DNA of 64,000 bases from Kiritimatiellia bacterium (GTDB taxonomy: Bacteria > Verrucomicrobiota > Kiritimatiellia > RFP12 > UBA1067). Location: positions 30,595 through 94,594 of the forward strand of contig JBJEWF010000087.1 in the NCBI GenBank assembly GCA_051884915.1. The letters are read 5' to 3'. Made by a program: the position numbers and the translations under genes. Below, piece after piece: positions 35,925 to 44,012 of the stretch. Below the pieces are notes generated by a model. The model ran no database searches and had not been told where the DNA came from. It saw nothing but the letters and a program-made list of their open reading frames with translations. Position 1 is the stretch's first letter. Each line of letters opens with the position of its first letter.

Positions 35925-36884
35925 TCAAAGCGCCTTGACGCCGAAGAGCCAGAGCGCAAGGCCGACAAGCAGCGGCATCGTCACAATCGAGAGCAGCGTC
36001 GTGGCGGACACGAGGCCGACCGAGAGGGAGACGTCGCGCGCGTAGCGCACGGCGAACATCGACGTGAGCGCCGCCGCCGGCGCAGACGCCGCCGTGACAA
36101 TCGCCACCGCCATCTTGGGGTCGAAGGAGAAACCCGCGCGATGGAGGCCGTAGACGATGGCCAGAAAGACGGCCGGCACGACGATCAGGCGCATCCCGCC
36201 GGCCACGTAGGCCCTGGGCGAGCGGACCACGGGCCCGAACTTGGCCTGCGCCAGATTGTAGCCGATAATGATCATCGCCAGCGGCGTGTTCAGGTCCGCC
36301 ATCATCTTGACGGGCGTTCCCGCGAACGACGGCAGCTTCCAGGAGAACAGGAAGAGCGGAAGCCCGAGGGCGACGCCGATCGATCCCGGGTTCAGGAACA
36401 GCGTGCGGAGTTGCACGTCCTTCAGGGACCCGCAGAACTGCACGAGCGCCCAGCTCCAGAAAAGAAGATTGAAGACGACCACGTAGGCGACGCCGTAGAA
36501 CACGCCGTCGCTGCCCAGCAGCGCATGCTCCAGCGGGATTCCCATGAAACCCGCGTTGGAAAACACGATTGAGCATTTCAGGACGCACCGCTGCCGAATA
36601 TCCGCATGCCGAATGAACAGATGCGCCGCCAGCATCCCCAGGGCCGGCGAAAGCACCGAAAAGGCAAACGCCCATCCCAGACCCGCCAGCAGACGCGGCT
36701 CGAACGGACGCTCCTGGAACGAATGGACGATCAGGCAGGGCGTGACGATCAGGATGAGCACATTGACCATGCCCTTGACGGATGCGTCGGTCACCAGTTT
36801 CGTCCTGTTGCAGACGAAACCGACGGACATCAAGGCGAAGAGAATGCCCACTTGCCGGGCAACGACGGAAAAACTTTCAAGCAT
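35925..36884 (-). CDS. AEC (auxin efflux carrier) family transporter
   Basis: 319 aa with about 10 TM segments. The N-terminus VGILFALMSVGFVCNRTKLV...LILIVTPCLIVHSF is typical of AEC/YfdV-like permeases. It lies only 12 nt downstream of the MMPL fusion gene. Confidence 0.75.
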   Translation of the reverse strand: MLESFSVVARQVGILFALMSVGFVCNRTKLVTDASVKGMVNVLILIVTPCLIVHSFQERPFEPRLLAGLGWAFAFSVLSPALGMLAAHLFIRHADIRQRCVLKCSIVFSNAGFMGIPLEHALLGSDGVFYGVAYVVVFNLLFWSWALVQFCGSLKDVQLRTLFLNPGSIGVALGLPLFLFSWKLPSFAGTPVKMMADLNTPLAMIIIGYNLAQAKFGPVVRSPRAYVAGGMRLIVVPAVFLAIVYGLHRAGFSFDPKMAVAIVTAASAPAAALTSMFAVRYARDVSLSVGLVSATTLLSIVTMPLLVGLALWLFGVKAL

Positions 36885-36896
36885 GGGAACGGAGGG

Positions 36897-39800
36897 TCAG
36901 GATGGAGGGACGGACGGAAAAAACGAATAGAACTGGTACCACTGCCCGGGATGGGCGCGCGTTTCGGTTTCGAGGAAAGAGACGTATTGCGCGAGCAGCG
37001 CCGAAAGCCGGAGGCCGGCGGACGGGTCCGGCGGGGAGAATTGGCGGACGTGGACTTCATAGGAATTCCAGCCCGTGCGGACGCACGTCGTGAAGAAGAC
37101 GGGGGCCTCCATCAGCTTGGCGAAGACGAAAACGCCCTTGGGCCAACGGCAGGGACGGCCGAGAAATTCCCGCCGCAGCGTCTTGTCCGATCCGGCGCTC
37201 ACGCGATCGCCCGCCATCAGAACGAGTTCGCCGCGGGCAATCGCCTCCTGCATCGCCACGGCCGTCTCCACGCCAATGTCCTCGACCGCATGAAGCGTCA
37301 GCTTCGCGGCGTCGAAATGCTTCATGAAAAAACCGGTGAAAACGGCATCGTGCCCCATCTGCTGGAATGCGTGGACATGGGGAACGTCCCCGTGCGGCCG
37401 CCCCGCCGCCAGAGCCGGCAGGACTTCGACCGTTCCCACGTGCGTCGAAATCAGAAAGGCGCCCTTCTTCATCGCGACCAGATTCTGAAAGGCCCGCCCG
37501 CCCTCGTCAAGGCGCACCGTCATCTTCGGCAGATTCTTCTTCAAGGTGCAGGCGTCCGTCTTGTCGGCCAGCGACCAGGCGAATCCGAGGAGGTGGGCGA
37601 ACAGGCGGCCGTGGCCGGGCGACCGCCGGCCCTTCCAGAGAACCGCGTAGAATTCCCGCAATGCGGCACGGGCCGGCCCGGCAAATGGATAGATGAACGC
37701 CATCACGGGGACGCAGAGGATCTTCAGCGCGGTCTTGCCCAGTCCGGCGTAGACGCACCAGAGGAGGGCAAGGCGGAGGGTGCCGGCGCTTTGCTCCCGC
37801 TGGTCGTGCCAACGGAGTGCCGAAGGCTGGCGGCCGGGCGGCGGAGAGGAGGCCGGAAGCGACAGAAGATAGGCGAACGCGAGACCGAGGGCGAAGGTGA
37901 TCCCCATGTCGCGCGTGACGGGGAAGGCGGTGAAGGACAGCATGCCGAGACCGGCGAACGACGTGAGAAAAGAATAAAAGACCGTGCGGCGCGTCTCTGG
38001 CGCGGGGCGGGTCCGGTTGAAGATCACATAGTCCAGACTCAGCCCGACGAGCACGAAGAAGCAGAGCAGCGTGAAGAAGGTCACGGGAATCCGCAGCCAG
38101 CCGAGCATGGCCGCCGTGCCGGCAAAAGCCAGGGCAACCGGCATGACCATCTTGACGAACTGCCGGCGGAAGAGGACGGCCAGCAGAAGCCCCAACGCGA
38201 GAAGCGATCCGCCGAGAAGTTTGCAGGTCTGGCGGAAATACGCCGCAAACAGCGTTTCGAGCGCCGCGCCCGGTTCGACCACGACAATCGCGGGGTCGGC
38301 CGGAACGTAGTCCCGCGCGCAGGGGACGATCAGCCCCTGTTCGGCGCGAAAGGCCTTCACGAGACGCCGCAGGCTTTCGTCTTCCAGTTTCTCCGCGTCG
38401 AGAAAAGATTCCGGTTCCCAGACGACTTCCAGTCCCGTCCGCGCCCGATAGGCCGCGCCCTCCGCACGGGAGAGCTTGCGAACCAGCTCCGCGTTCTCGC
38501 GCTGCCGTTTCAACGACGGAACGATTCCCGACAATCCCTTCAGGCCCGCCGCCTCCTCCCGTTCCAGCGCCTCCTGCAGCGTCTTCCCCCGCACATACGC
38601 AAAGCGCGTGGACAGCGCGGGATTCAACCCGGCCAGCAGGGTCTCTCCGCGGGCCAGATAGGGCGTGGGACGATAAAAAGCCGCAGGCGCGGAACTGGCC
38701 GAGAGGGCGTGAAGCCCCGCCAGAACCAACCCGCCCAGCAGCGCCCACGCGCCCGCCGCCACGCCACGCGGCAGACGGCGGACCCGCGGACGCGGAACCG
38801 CCCGCCACGACGCGTCCGGCCGCGACATTCCGCGCGGAGGTCCGCCTGCGGCGAGGAACACGCTCGCGTAGGCCGTGAGCAGGCCGGCCGAAGCGAAGAG
38901 CGCCATCTCGCGCAACACGGGGACGGCCGCGGCGAACAGCGGCGCGAAACAGGCCACCGTGGTCAGGAACGAATTCGTGAGCGGCCGGACGATGTTGCGC
39001 GCACCGCCCGCGGCACGCGCATGGTAGACATAATCGACCGAAAGGCCGATCAGCGACGTGCCGAAGACAAACGTCAGGACATGCGCTTCGGGGTAAACAA
39101 GCAGCAGAACGGCCGTTGCGACCAGAAAGGCCGAACCAATCGAGAACAGCAGGCCGGGAACGAACCGCAGAGACCGGAAGAGGGCCCATCCGAGCAGCAG
39201 CACCAGACCTGTCGAGACAAGTGAAAGCACGTTGATTTCCCGCTGCGCCCGGTCCGCCGTCGCCACCGCATGGAAGAGCGGTCCGCAGCACCAGACTTTT
39301 CCATCGTGGGTCCCGTTGCGCCTCTGCATGGCATGCATCCACGCGACGAGACGCGTTTCGCCCACGCGCCGGACGGCGTCGGAATCCAGCGTCAGAAGCA
39401 AGTAGTGGCGCCCGTCCTTCTCGCGGACGGGATACCCGTCTTTCAGCGTCCAGCCGTCGGCCAGGTCCGCCTGCAGGGACATCGCATAGTCCGTCGCCAG
39501 GAGAAAGGGGTCGCGTTTGACCGGAAACAACGGCGGCATCGGACCATACAGGCGCGCCAGCGAATCCTCGGCCACCTCCCGGAACTTCCCCTCAAGCAAC
39601 AGCCTGCGGGTTTCCGGCGCCAGCAGCCCCGACTTGCGCGCGTCCAGATAGCGAAGCGTCGCCTTGAAATCCAGGCGAACCGCCTGCTGCAGATTGGAGG
39701 AGACGCCGGCCGCCAGTTCCCGGACGGCGGCGGCGTCCGCCCCCTCGATCAGCACATGGCCCCGATTGGCGGAACCGGCCGCCACCTCCCGGATCAGGGG

Positions 39801-39938
39801 CGCGGAATCGGTCGCAACGAGGCTGAACAGATCCGAGCGGACGGCAAGTCCACGATTGATCCGAACCCCCAGAACGGCAAGGGCCGCCAGAAGCAGACAG
39901 CCGAATGCGCACCGCCCCCTGGCCAACCAGGACGTCAC
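36897..39938 (-). CDS. Fusion protein: MMPL/RND-type predicted exporter (N-terminal ~710 aa) + LpxL/HtrB-type lipid acyltransferase (C-terminal ~300 aa)
   Basis: 1013 aa. Two 5-6-TM bundles are separated by soluble domains, with the paired motifs GTSLIGLSVDYVYH and VLVGLSLDYVIF. The C-terminal part carries the H(x)4E acyltransferase motif (STHVGTVEVL) and the MAGDRV region. Confidence 0.7.
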   Translation of the reverse strand: MTSWLARGRCAFGCLLLAALAVLGVRINRGLAVRSDLFSLVATDSAPLIREVAAGSANRGHVLIEGADAAAVRELAAGVSSNLQQAVRLDFKATLRYLDARKSGLLAPETRRLLLEGKFREVAEDSLARLYGPMPPLFPVKRDPFLLATDYAMSLQADLADGWTLKDGYPVREKDGRHYLLLTLDSDAVRRVGETRLVAWMHAMQRRNGTHDGKVWCCGPLFHAVATADRAQREINVLSLVSTGLVLLLGWALFRSLRFVPGLLFSIGSAFLVATAVLLLVYPEAHVLTFVFGTSLIGLSVDYVYHARAAGGARNIVRPLTNSFLTTVACFAPLFAAAVPVLREMALFASAGLLTAYASVFLAAGGPPRGMSRPDASWRAVPRPRVRRLPRGVAAGAWALLGGLVLAGLHALSASSAPAAFYRPTPYLARGETLLAGLNPALSTRFAYVRGKTLQEALEREEAAGLKGLSGIVPSLKRQRENAELVRKLSRAEGAAYRARTGLEVVWEPESFLDAEKLEDESLRRLVKAFRAEQGLIVPCARDYVPADPAIVVVEPGAALETLFAAYFRQTCKLLGGSLLALGLLLAVLFRRQFVKMVMPVALAFAGTAAMLGWLRIPVTFFTLLCFFVLVGLSLDYVIFNRTRPAPETRRTVFYSFLTSFAGLGMLSFTAFPVTRDMGITFALGLAFAYLLSLPASSPPPGRQPSALRWHDQREQSAGTLRLALLWCVYAGLGKTALKILCVPVMAFIYPFAGPARAALREFYAVLWKGRRSPGHGRLFAHLLGFAWSLADKTDACTLKKNLPKMTVRLDEGGRAFQNLVAMKKGAFLISTHVGTVEVLPALAAGRPHGDVPHVHAFQQMGHDAVFTGFFMKHFDAAKLTLHAVEDIGVETAVAMQEAIARGELVLMAGDRVSAGSDKTLRREFLGRPCRWPKGVFVFAKLMEAPVFFTTCVRTGWNSYEVHVRQFSPPDPSAGLRLSALLAQYVSFLETETRAHPGQWYQFYSFFPSVPPS

Positions 39939-40396
39939 GGCGCCGTCCCCGCCGCGTCGGTCCGCTTCAAGTCGATTTCAAGACGGTCGCCGTTCTTGAA
40001 GAAGACGCGGACGCGTTCAGGGAACTTCTTCTCCGGAGCGACTTTCACTTCGCGGACGAAGTCCCCGATCTCCCGGATCTCAAAAATCTTTTCCAGGGAG
40101 GAGACGTCGACGTTCAACGCCCGCGTCGTGGATTTGCCGCGGACCGTCATCGTGTAGTTCGTCGGCGTGGCGAGGAACGTCGAAGGCACCGGCTGAAGCG
40201 TCTTGAACTCGAAGCTTCTGCCCTTCTCGAAACGGAACGTGCCCGAAGACGCGAGCGCGACGTCCACGTCCGCCAGAATCTTCCGCTGGACAAAGACGCC
40301 TTCGGCAAACTGCGGCAGATCGTCCGGCGCGACGGCGGCGGGAAAAGCCGTCCCGCCCAGGAACAGACTCAAAAGCACAAGATGCCGCTGGAGCAT
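39935..40396 (-). CDS. LolA-like outer-membrane lipoprotein-carrier-fold protein
   Basis: 153 aa from ATG 40396 (MLQRHLVLLSLFLGGTAF, signal peptide). FVQRKIL...LASSGTFRFEKGRSFEFKTLQP resembles the LolA-like proteins of aryl-polyene-type clusters. Its stop overlaps the start of the downstream gene. Confidence 0.6.
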   Translation of the reverse strand: MLQRHLVLLSLFLGGTAFPAAVAPDDLPQFAEGVFVQRKILADVDVALASSGTFRFEKGRSFEFKTLQPVPSTFLATPTNYTMTVRGKSTTRALNVDVSSLEKIFEIREIGDFVREVKVAPEKKFPERVRVFFKNGDRLEIDLKRTDAAGTAP

Positions 40397-42066
40397 GCCA
40401 GATCTCCCTTCCGATAGTCGTAGGCCCATTCGCGGTCGCTCTTGCGGACGAGCGAAAACCGGATCGTCTCGCCCGGCACGATCGCGCGGGTGAACTTCAT
40501 TTTCCTGACCGCCGTCAGAACGATCTGCCGCCGGATCGCCCGTTCCGCGAAGCGATGGGCCAGCCCCAGCTGCACGACGCCCGGCAGAACGGCAACCCCC
40601 GGGAAATGCCCCTTGAAGTAGGGCGCGTCGGGATCGAACACGAAATCGCCCGTCCAGGACGTTGCGGAAACCTTGACGCCCGAAACAAAGGGTTCCGCCA
40701 GATTGGTCGCGAAAAGCCGAACGAGCTCCTCCATCAGGACCTTCCCCTGGGCGTTGCGCGGCAGCTCATGGACAAACCGGTATTTCTTCGGGACGGTCCC
40801 CTTCGGGAAGATCGGCATCAGCCGACTCCGCAGGGACAGCGCCAGCCGCCGTTTCGACGCGCCCGAACCGACGGCCCCGTTCCAGACGACGACGGCGCCC
40901 AGACAGGTTCCATGCGGGCTTGCCAGCGGACACAGGGCCGCCTCTTTGATTCCGGGGATCTTGGCCATTTCCGCCTCCATCTCCGGCAGCAGTACGCGCC
41001 GTTCGGCCACTTTCACGAGGCGGTCGCGCCGGCCGAGCAACCGGAAATGGCGCCCATCCCCGGAGCAGACCGCGCCGTCGCCCATGACGAAGCCCCGCCG
41101 AAACGAAAACGGGGAATCCACGACCAGCCGTCCGTCCGCGTTCGTGGAAACGCGGACGGGATCGAAGACCGTCCACAATTCGTCCCCCCCGTCCTGGCGG
41201 CGCCATGCCACGCCGCCCGTCTCCGTACTGCCGAAGATCTCGCGCGGCGCAATCCCGAAGACCCGTTTTGTCGCCGCCGAAACCGCGGCCGTCAGCAAGG
41301 CGCCCGAAGTCGTGATCTCCACGCAGTTCCGCGGAACGTCGTACATCTCCGCATAGGCGGTGAACCGTTCCAGAAAACTGGGCGTCGTGACCAGGAAGAC
41401 CCGCGCGGCGGCTTTCATTTTGGCGAGGAGGGATTCCGGCGTCAGGATGACTTCGGGATCGACGGGGCATCCGGCCGCCTGCGGCAGGAGGACGCGCCAC
41501 AAGGTTCCGTACATGTGCTGCGGCTCGACCGTCGAGAGGAACAGCGGACGCGCGGCAAGCTGCGGCTGCAGAACGCGACGATGGTAGGCGACCTCTTTCG
41601 CCAGCGTGTCGAACGTCTTGACGATCGATTTCGGTTTTGCAGTGGAGCCGGACGTGCAGAACGTCCGCGCGAAACGGCGGCGGCGGTAGCGCCATTCCAG
41701 CCCGGCAAATCCCCATAGGACCGCGTATGACAACGCGCAGTTCCAGGCGAACCAGACCCACCGCGGCGCGAACACGGTCGCAAGCGCCACGCCGCCGTTC
41801 AGGAGAAGGGCCGCGCACCAGATCGCGGTCAACCGCCGGCAATAGCGCGGCGCCTCCTGGGGCAGAATGCCCGGCGGAATCTTTTCCGCCAGCTCTTCGC
41901 ACAGCGTCTTCCGGCGCAAAAGGGAAAGGCCGAAACCCGATGCGACCGCCACGCTCATCACGACCGGATAGTATGCCACGAAGACAAAGCGCCTGAAAAC
42001 AAGCGCGGCGGCGATGCACGCCGCCAGCACAACGAGGGATGCGAATTTTGGAAGCGCCCGCACCAT
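40369..42066 (-). CDS. Triple fusion: ~125-aa polytopic membrane domain + N-terminally truncated AMP-dependent synthetase/ligase + FabA/FabZ-type hot-dog dehydratase
   Basis: 565 aa. Hydrophobic segments span aa 1-125. Adenylation motifs are TSGSTAKPK (aa 138-146), GSTETGG and LPRNAQGKV. The C-terminal FKGHFPGVAVLPGVVQ is the HFPxxPxxPG dehydratase motif. Confidence 0.75.
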   Translation of the reverse strand: MVRALPKFASLVVLAACIAAALVFRRFVFVAYYPVVMSVAVASGFGLSLLRRKTLCEELAEKIPPGILPQEAPRYCRRLTAIWCAALLLNGGVALATVFAPRWVWFAWNCALSYAVLWGFAGLEWRYRRRRFARTFCTSGSTAKPKSIVKTFDTLAKEVAYHRRVLQPQLAARPLFLSTVEPQHMYGTLWRVLLPQAAGCPVDPEVILTPESLLAKMKAAARVFLVTTPSFLERFTAYAEMYDVPRNCVEITTSGALLTAAVSAATKRVFGIAPREIFGSTETGGVAWRRQDGGDELWTVFDPVRVSTNADGRLVVDSPFSFRRGFVMGDGAVCSGDGRHFRLLGRRDRLVKVAERRVLLPEMEAEMAKIPGIKEAALCPLASPHGTCLGAVVVWNGAVGSGASKRRLALSLRSRLMPIFPKGTVPKKYRFVHELPRNAQGKVLMEELVRLFATNLAEPFVSGVKVSATSWTGDFVFDPDAPYFKGHFPGVAVLPGVVQLGLAHRFAERAIRRQIVLTAVRKMKFTRAIVPGETIRFSLVRKSDREWAYDYRKGDLACSSGILCF

Positions 42067-42314
42067 CAGTTTTCGTTCACGAGCTTCGAGACCGCCTTCG
42101 TCACGTCGGCCAGCGTCCGAATCTGGCGGAAGTCCTCGGGATTGACTTTCTTCTTCGTTTCCTGCTGAAGGCGCACGATCAGGTCGACCGCGTCAATCGA
42201 ATCCAAATCAAGTTCGGTGAACAGATTCGTTTCGGGCTTCAACTGCTCTGGCTTGCACTCGAACTCGGCAACGAGAATGTCTTTGATGGTCTTTTCGATT
42301 TCAGCATCGGTCAT
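42066..42314 (-). CDS. Acyl carrier protein (second of two)
   Basis: 82 aa with the phosphopantetheine site LDLDSIDAVDL. Start and stop overlap the neighbouring genes (ATGA at 42311-42314; TGATG at 42064-42068). Confidence 0.88.
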   Translation of the reverse strand: MTDAEIEKTIKDILVAEFECKPEQLKPETNLFTELDLDSIDAVDLIVRLQQETKKKVNPEDFRQIRTLADVTKAVSKLVNEN

Positions 42315-42583
42315 GATTGGGCTTTCTGTTGGGTTTCCACATAGTCGGCCAGCGTCTGGACGGAATGGAAGATTTTCCTGTTGTCGGCGGGGTTCGAGGA
42401 GAACGTGACGCCAAAGGCCTTCTTGACCGCCATGCCCAGTTCAAGCGCGTCAATCGAGTCGAGGCCAAGCCCCTCCCCGAACAGCGGAACCTCCGTCTCA
42501 ATGTCCGCAGCCGTCAGATCCTCCAGATCCAGAGCCGAGACAATCGTCTCCTTCAGCTTGCTTTCAATTTCTTCGCGTGTCAT
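42311..42583 (-). CDS. Acyl carrier protein (first of two)
   Basis: 90 aa with the phosphopantetheine site LGLDSIDALEL. Confidence 0.88.
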   Translation of the reverse strand: MTREEIESKLKETIVSALDLEDLTAADIETEVPLFGEGLGLDSIDALELGMAVKKAFGVTFSSNPADNRKIFHSVQTLADYVETQQKAQS

Positions 42584-42591
42584 TTGCCGCT

Positions 42592-42600
42592 ATTTTACCA
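42592..42600 (-). promoter_or_regulatory. Extended -10 element TGGTAAAAT, 8 nt upstream of the first ACP ATG (candidate leaderless promoter)
   Basis: Minus strand reads acagtaTGGTAAAATagcggcaaATG. There is no SD and the -35 is poor. Confidence 0.55.
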
Positions 42601-42953
42601 TACTGTCCGTTCGTTGGGCGGAGACAATGAGATTTTTCCGCAAGAAATCCAAAAACTTCGCCATCTCCCACGCCATTCTTCAATTTAGCTGGCACATGAA
42701 AACTGAAACGAACCCGTTTCGGAACCCGTCTCCCGCAAGGCGGGGAACGGCTGGCGGAACCGTCCCGCGCCGCGGAAACCGACGCGCCGCGATCCCCTAC
42801 TCGCGCGGAAACGCCAGCCGTTCGGACCGGACTTCCCGTCGCCCATGCCCCGGCCCCATCCCACCGGCACAAGCCCCGCGCCCGAACGCGGCGCAGACCG
42901 GGCTTCCTACCGGCGCAGAATCTTCCGTTCGCTGCCGAACGGAGAATCGCCGA

Positions 42954-43037
42954 TGGTGGGCGCGAAGGGACTCGAACCCCCACTCCTCGCGGAACTGGAA
43001 CCTAAATCCAGCGTGTCTGCCATTTCACCACGCGCCC
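42954..43037 (-). tRNA. tRNA-Leu (anticodon UAG)
   Basis: An 84-nt class II tRNA folded by hand. Acceptor GGGCGCG/CGCGCCC, anticodon stem CTGGA/TCCAG with loop TTTAGGT, a long variable arm, a TTCGAGT T-loop, and an encoded CCA. Confidence 0.88.
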
Positions 43038-43046
43038 AGGAGACTG

Positions 43047-43080
43047 AAAAACGAATCTGCCGAACCCGATCATGCGATTC
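43047..43080 (-). terminator. Hairpin plus U-run after the esterase gene, 10 nt upstream of tRNA-Leu
   Basis: Minus-strand RNA reads GAAUCGC-(13-nt loop)-GCAGAUUC (7 bp plus one bulge), followed by GUUUUUC. The hairpin overlaps the stop codon. Confidence 0.4.
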
Positions 43081-43984
43081 AGGGAAGCGACTTGAAATTG
43101 CGCGTCAGCCATTTGGCGGCCAGCGCTTCCCAGCCGTCAACGTCCGTTCCATGCGGACGGATGCCGTAGCCGTGCCCCCCTTTCGGGAAGAGATGCATTT
43201 CGGCCATCACGCCGGCGTACTTCAGCGCGGCGTAGTAGCCGAGGGCATTTTCGACATGGGCGAAATCGTCCTCCGTCTGGACGATGAACGCCGGGGGCGT
43301 CGTCTCGTCCACGGGGAAATCGCCCCGCAGCGTCAGCGGCAGCGTCTTCTCCTTGTTCTCGCCGACCACGAGCATCCACGGATAGATGGGAAGCGAGAAG
43401 TCCGGACGGCAGGAAAACGCATCCGCCGCGTCGACCGCCGCATACGAACGGTGCCGATGGCAGGTCGACACGCGGCAGGCCAGGTTGGCGCCCGCCGAAA
43501 ACCCCATGATGCCCAGGCGCTTTGGATCGATCTTCCACTCGTCGGCCCTGGCGCGAATCAGCGACAAGGCCCGCTGGGCGTCCATCAGCGCCGCGTCGCG
43601 CTGGCCGGGACAACGATACTTCAGGACAAACGCGGAGAAGCCGATCGCGTTCAGCGCCTCGGCGATTTCCACGCCCTCGTGATTGTAGGCCAGAATCGAA
43701 TAGCCGCCGCCCGGACACACGAGAACGGCCGGGCAGACGCCCGATCCCCCGGCGGGGAAGAAGGCGAGTTCGGGCACGTTGACGTCCGTAAGGCGCACGA
43801 TGCCGCCATTCGTGTCCTTGACGGCAAACGCGCCCGTTCCCTTCTGGACGGGGATCCGGCCCTGCGGCCACACGGCAATCTTCACGCCGCGCGCAAGCGC
43901 CGCATCCGCCAGCGCGCGGTCGATTTCCGCATGCACGCCCAACAAGCCCATGCACAGAACTCCCCAAACGACAACCTTGTTCAT
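43079..43984 (-). CDS. Secreted alpha/beta-hydrolase esterase (carbohydrate-esterase or lipase-like)
   Basis: PGGGYS oxyanion region, nucleophile elbow GFSAGA, and a late D/H pair (QTEDD...GGHGY). I moved the start to ATG 43984 (MNKVVVWGVLCMGLLGVHA, signal peptide), because the track ATG 43993 overlaps the -10 hexamer. Confidence 0.75.
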   Translation of the reverse strand: MNKVVVWGVLCMGLLGVHAEIDRALADAALARGVKIAVWPQGRIPVQKGTGAFAVKDTNGGIVRLTDVNVPELAFFPAGGSGVCPAVLVCPGGGYSILAYNHEGVEIAEALNAIGFSAFVLKYRCPGQRDAALMDAQRALSLIRARADEWKIDPKRLGIMGFSAGANLACRVSTCHRHRSYAAVDAADAFSCRPDFSLPIYPWMLVVGENKEKTLPLTLRGDFPVDETTPPAFIVQTEDDFAHVENALGYYAALKYAGVMAEMHLFPKGGHGYGIRPHGTDVDGWEALAAKWLTRNFKSLP

Positions 43985-43991
43985 GGTCGCC

Positions 43992-44000
43992 ATTATACCA
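43992..44000 (-). promoter_or_regulatory. Extended -10 element TGGTATAAT, 7 nt upstream of the esterase ATG (candidate leaderless promoter)
   Basis: Minus strand reads ggtttaTGGTATAATggcgaccATGaac. Confidence 0.6.
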
Positions 44001-44012
44001 TAAACCGCCGCG

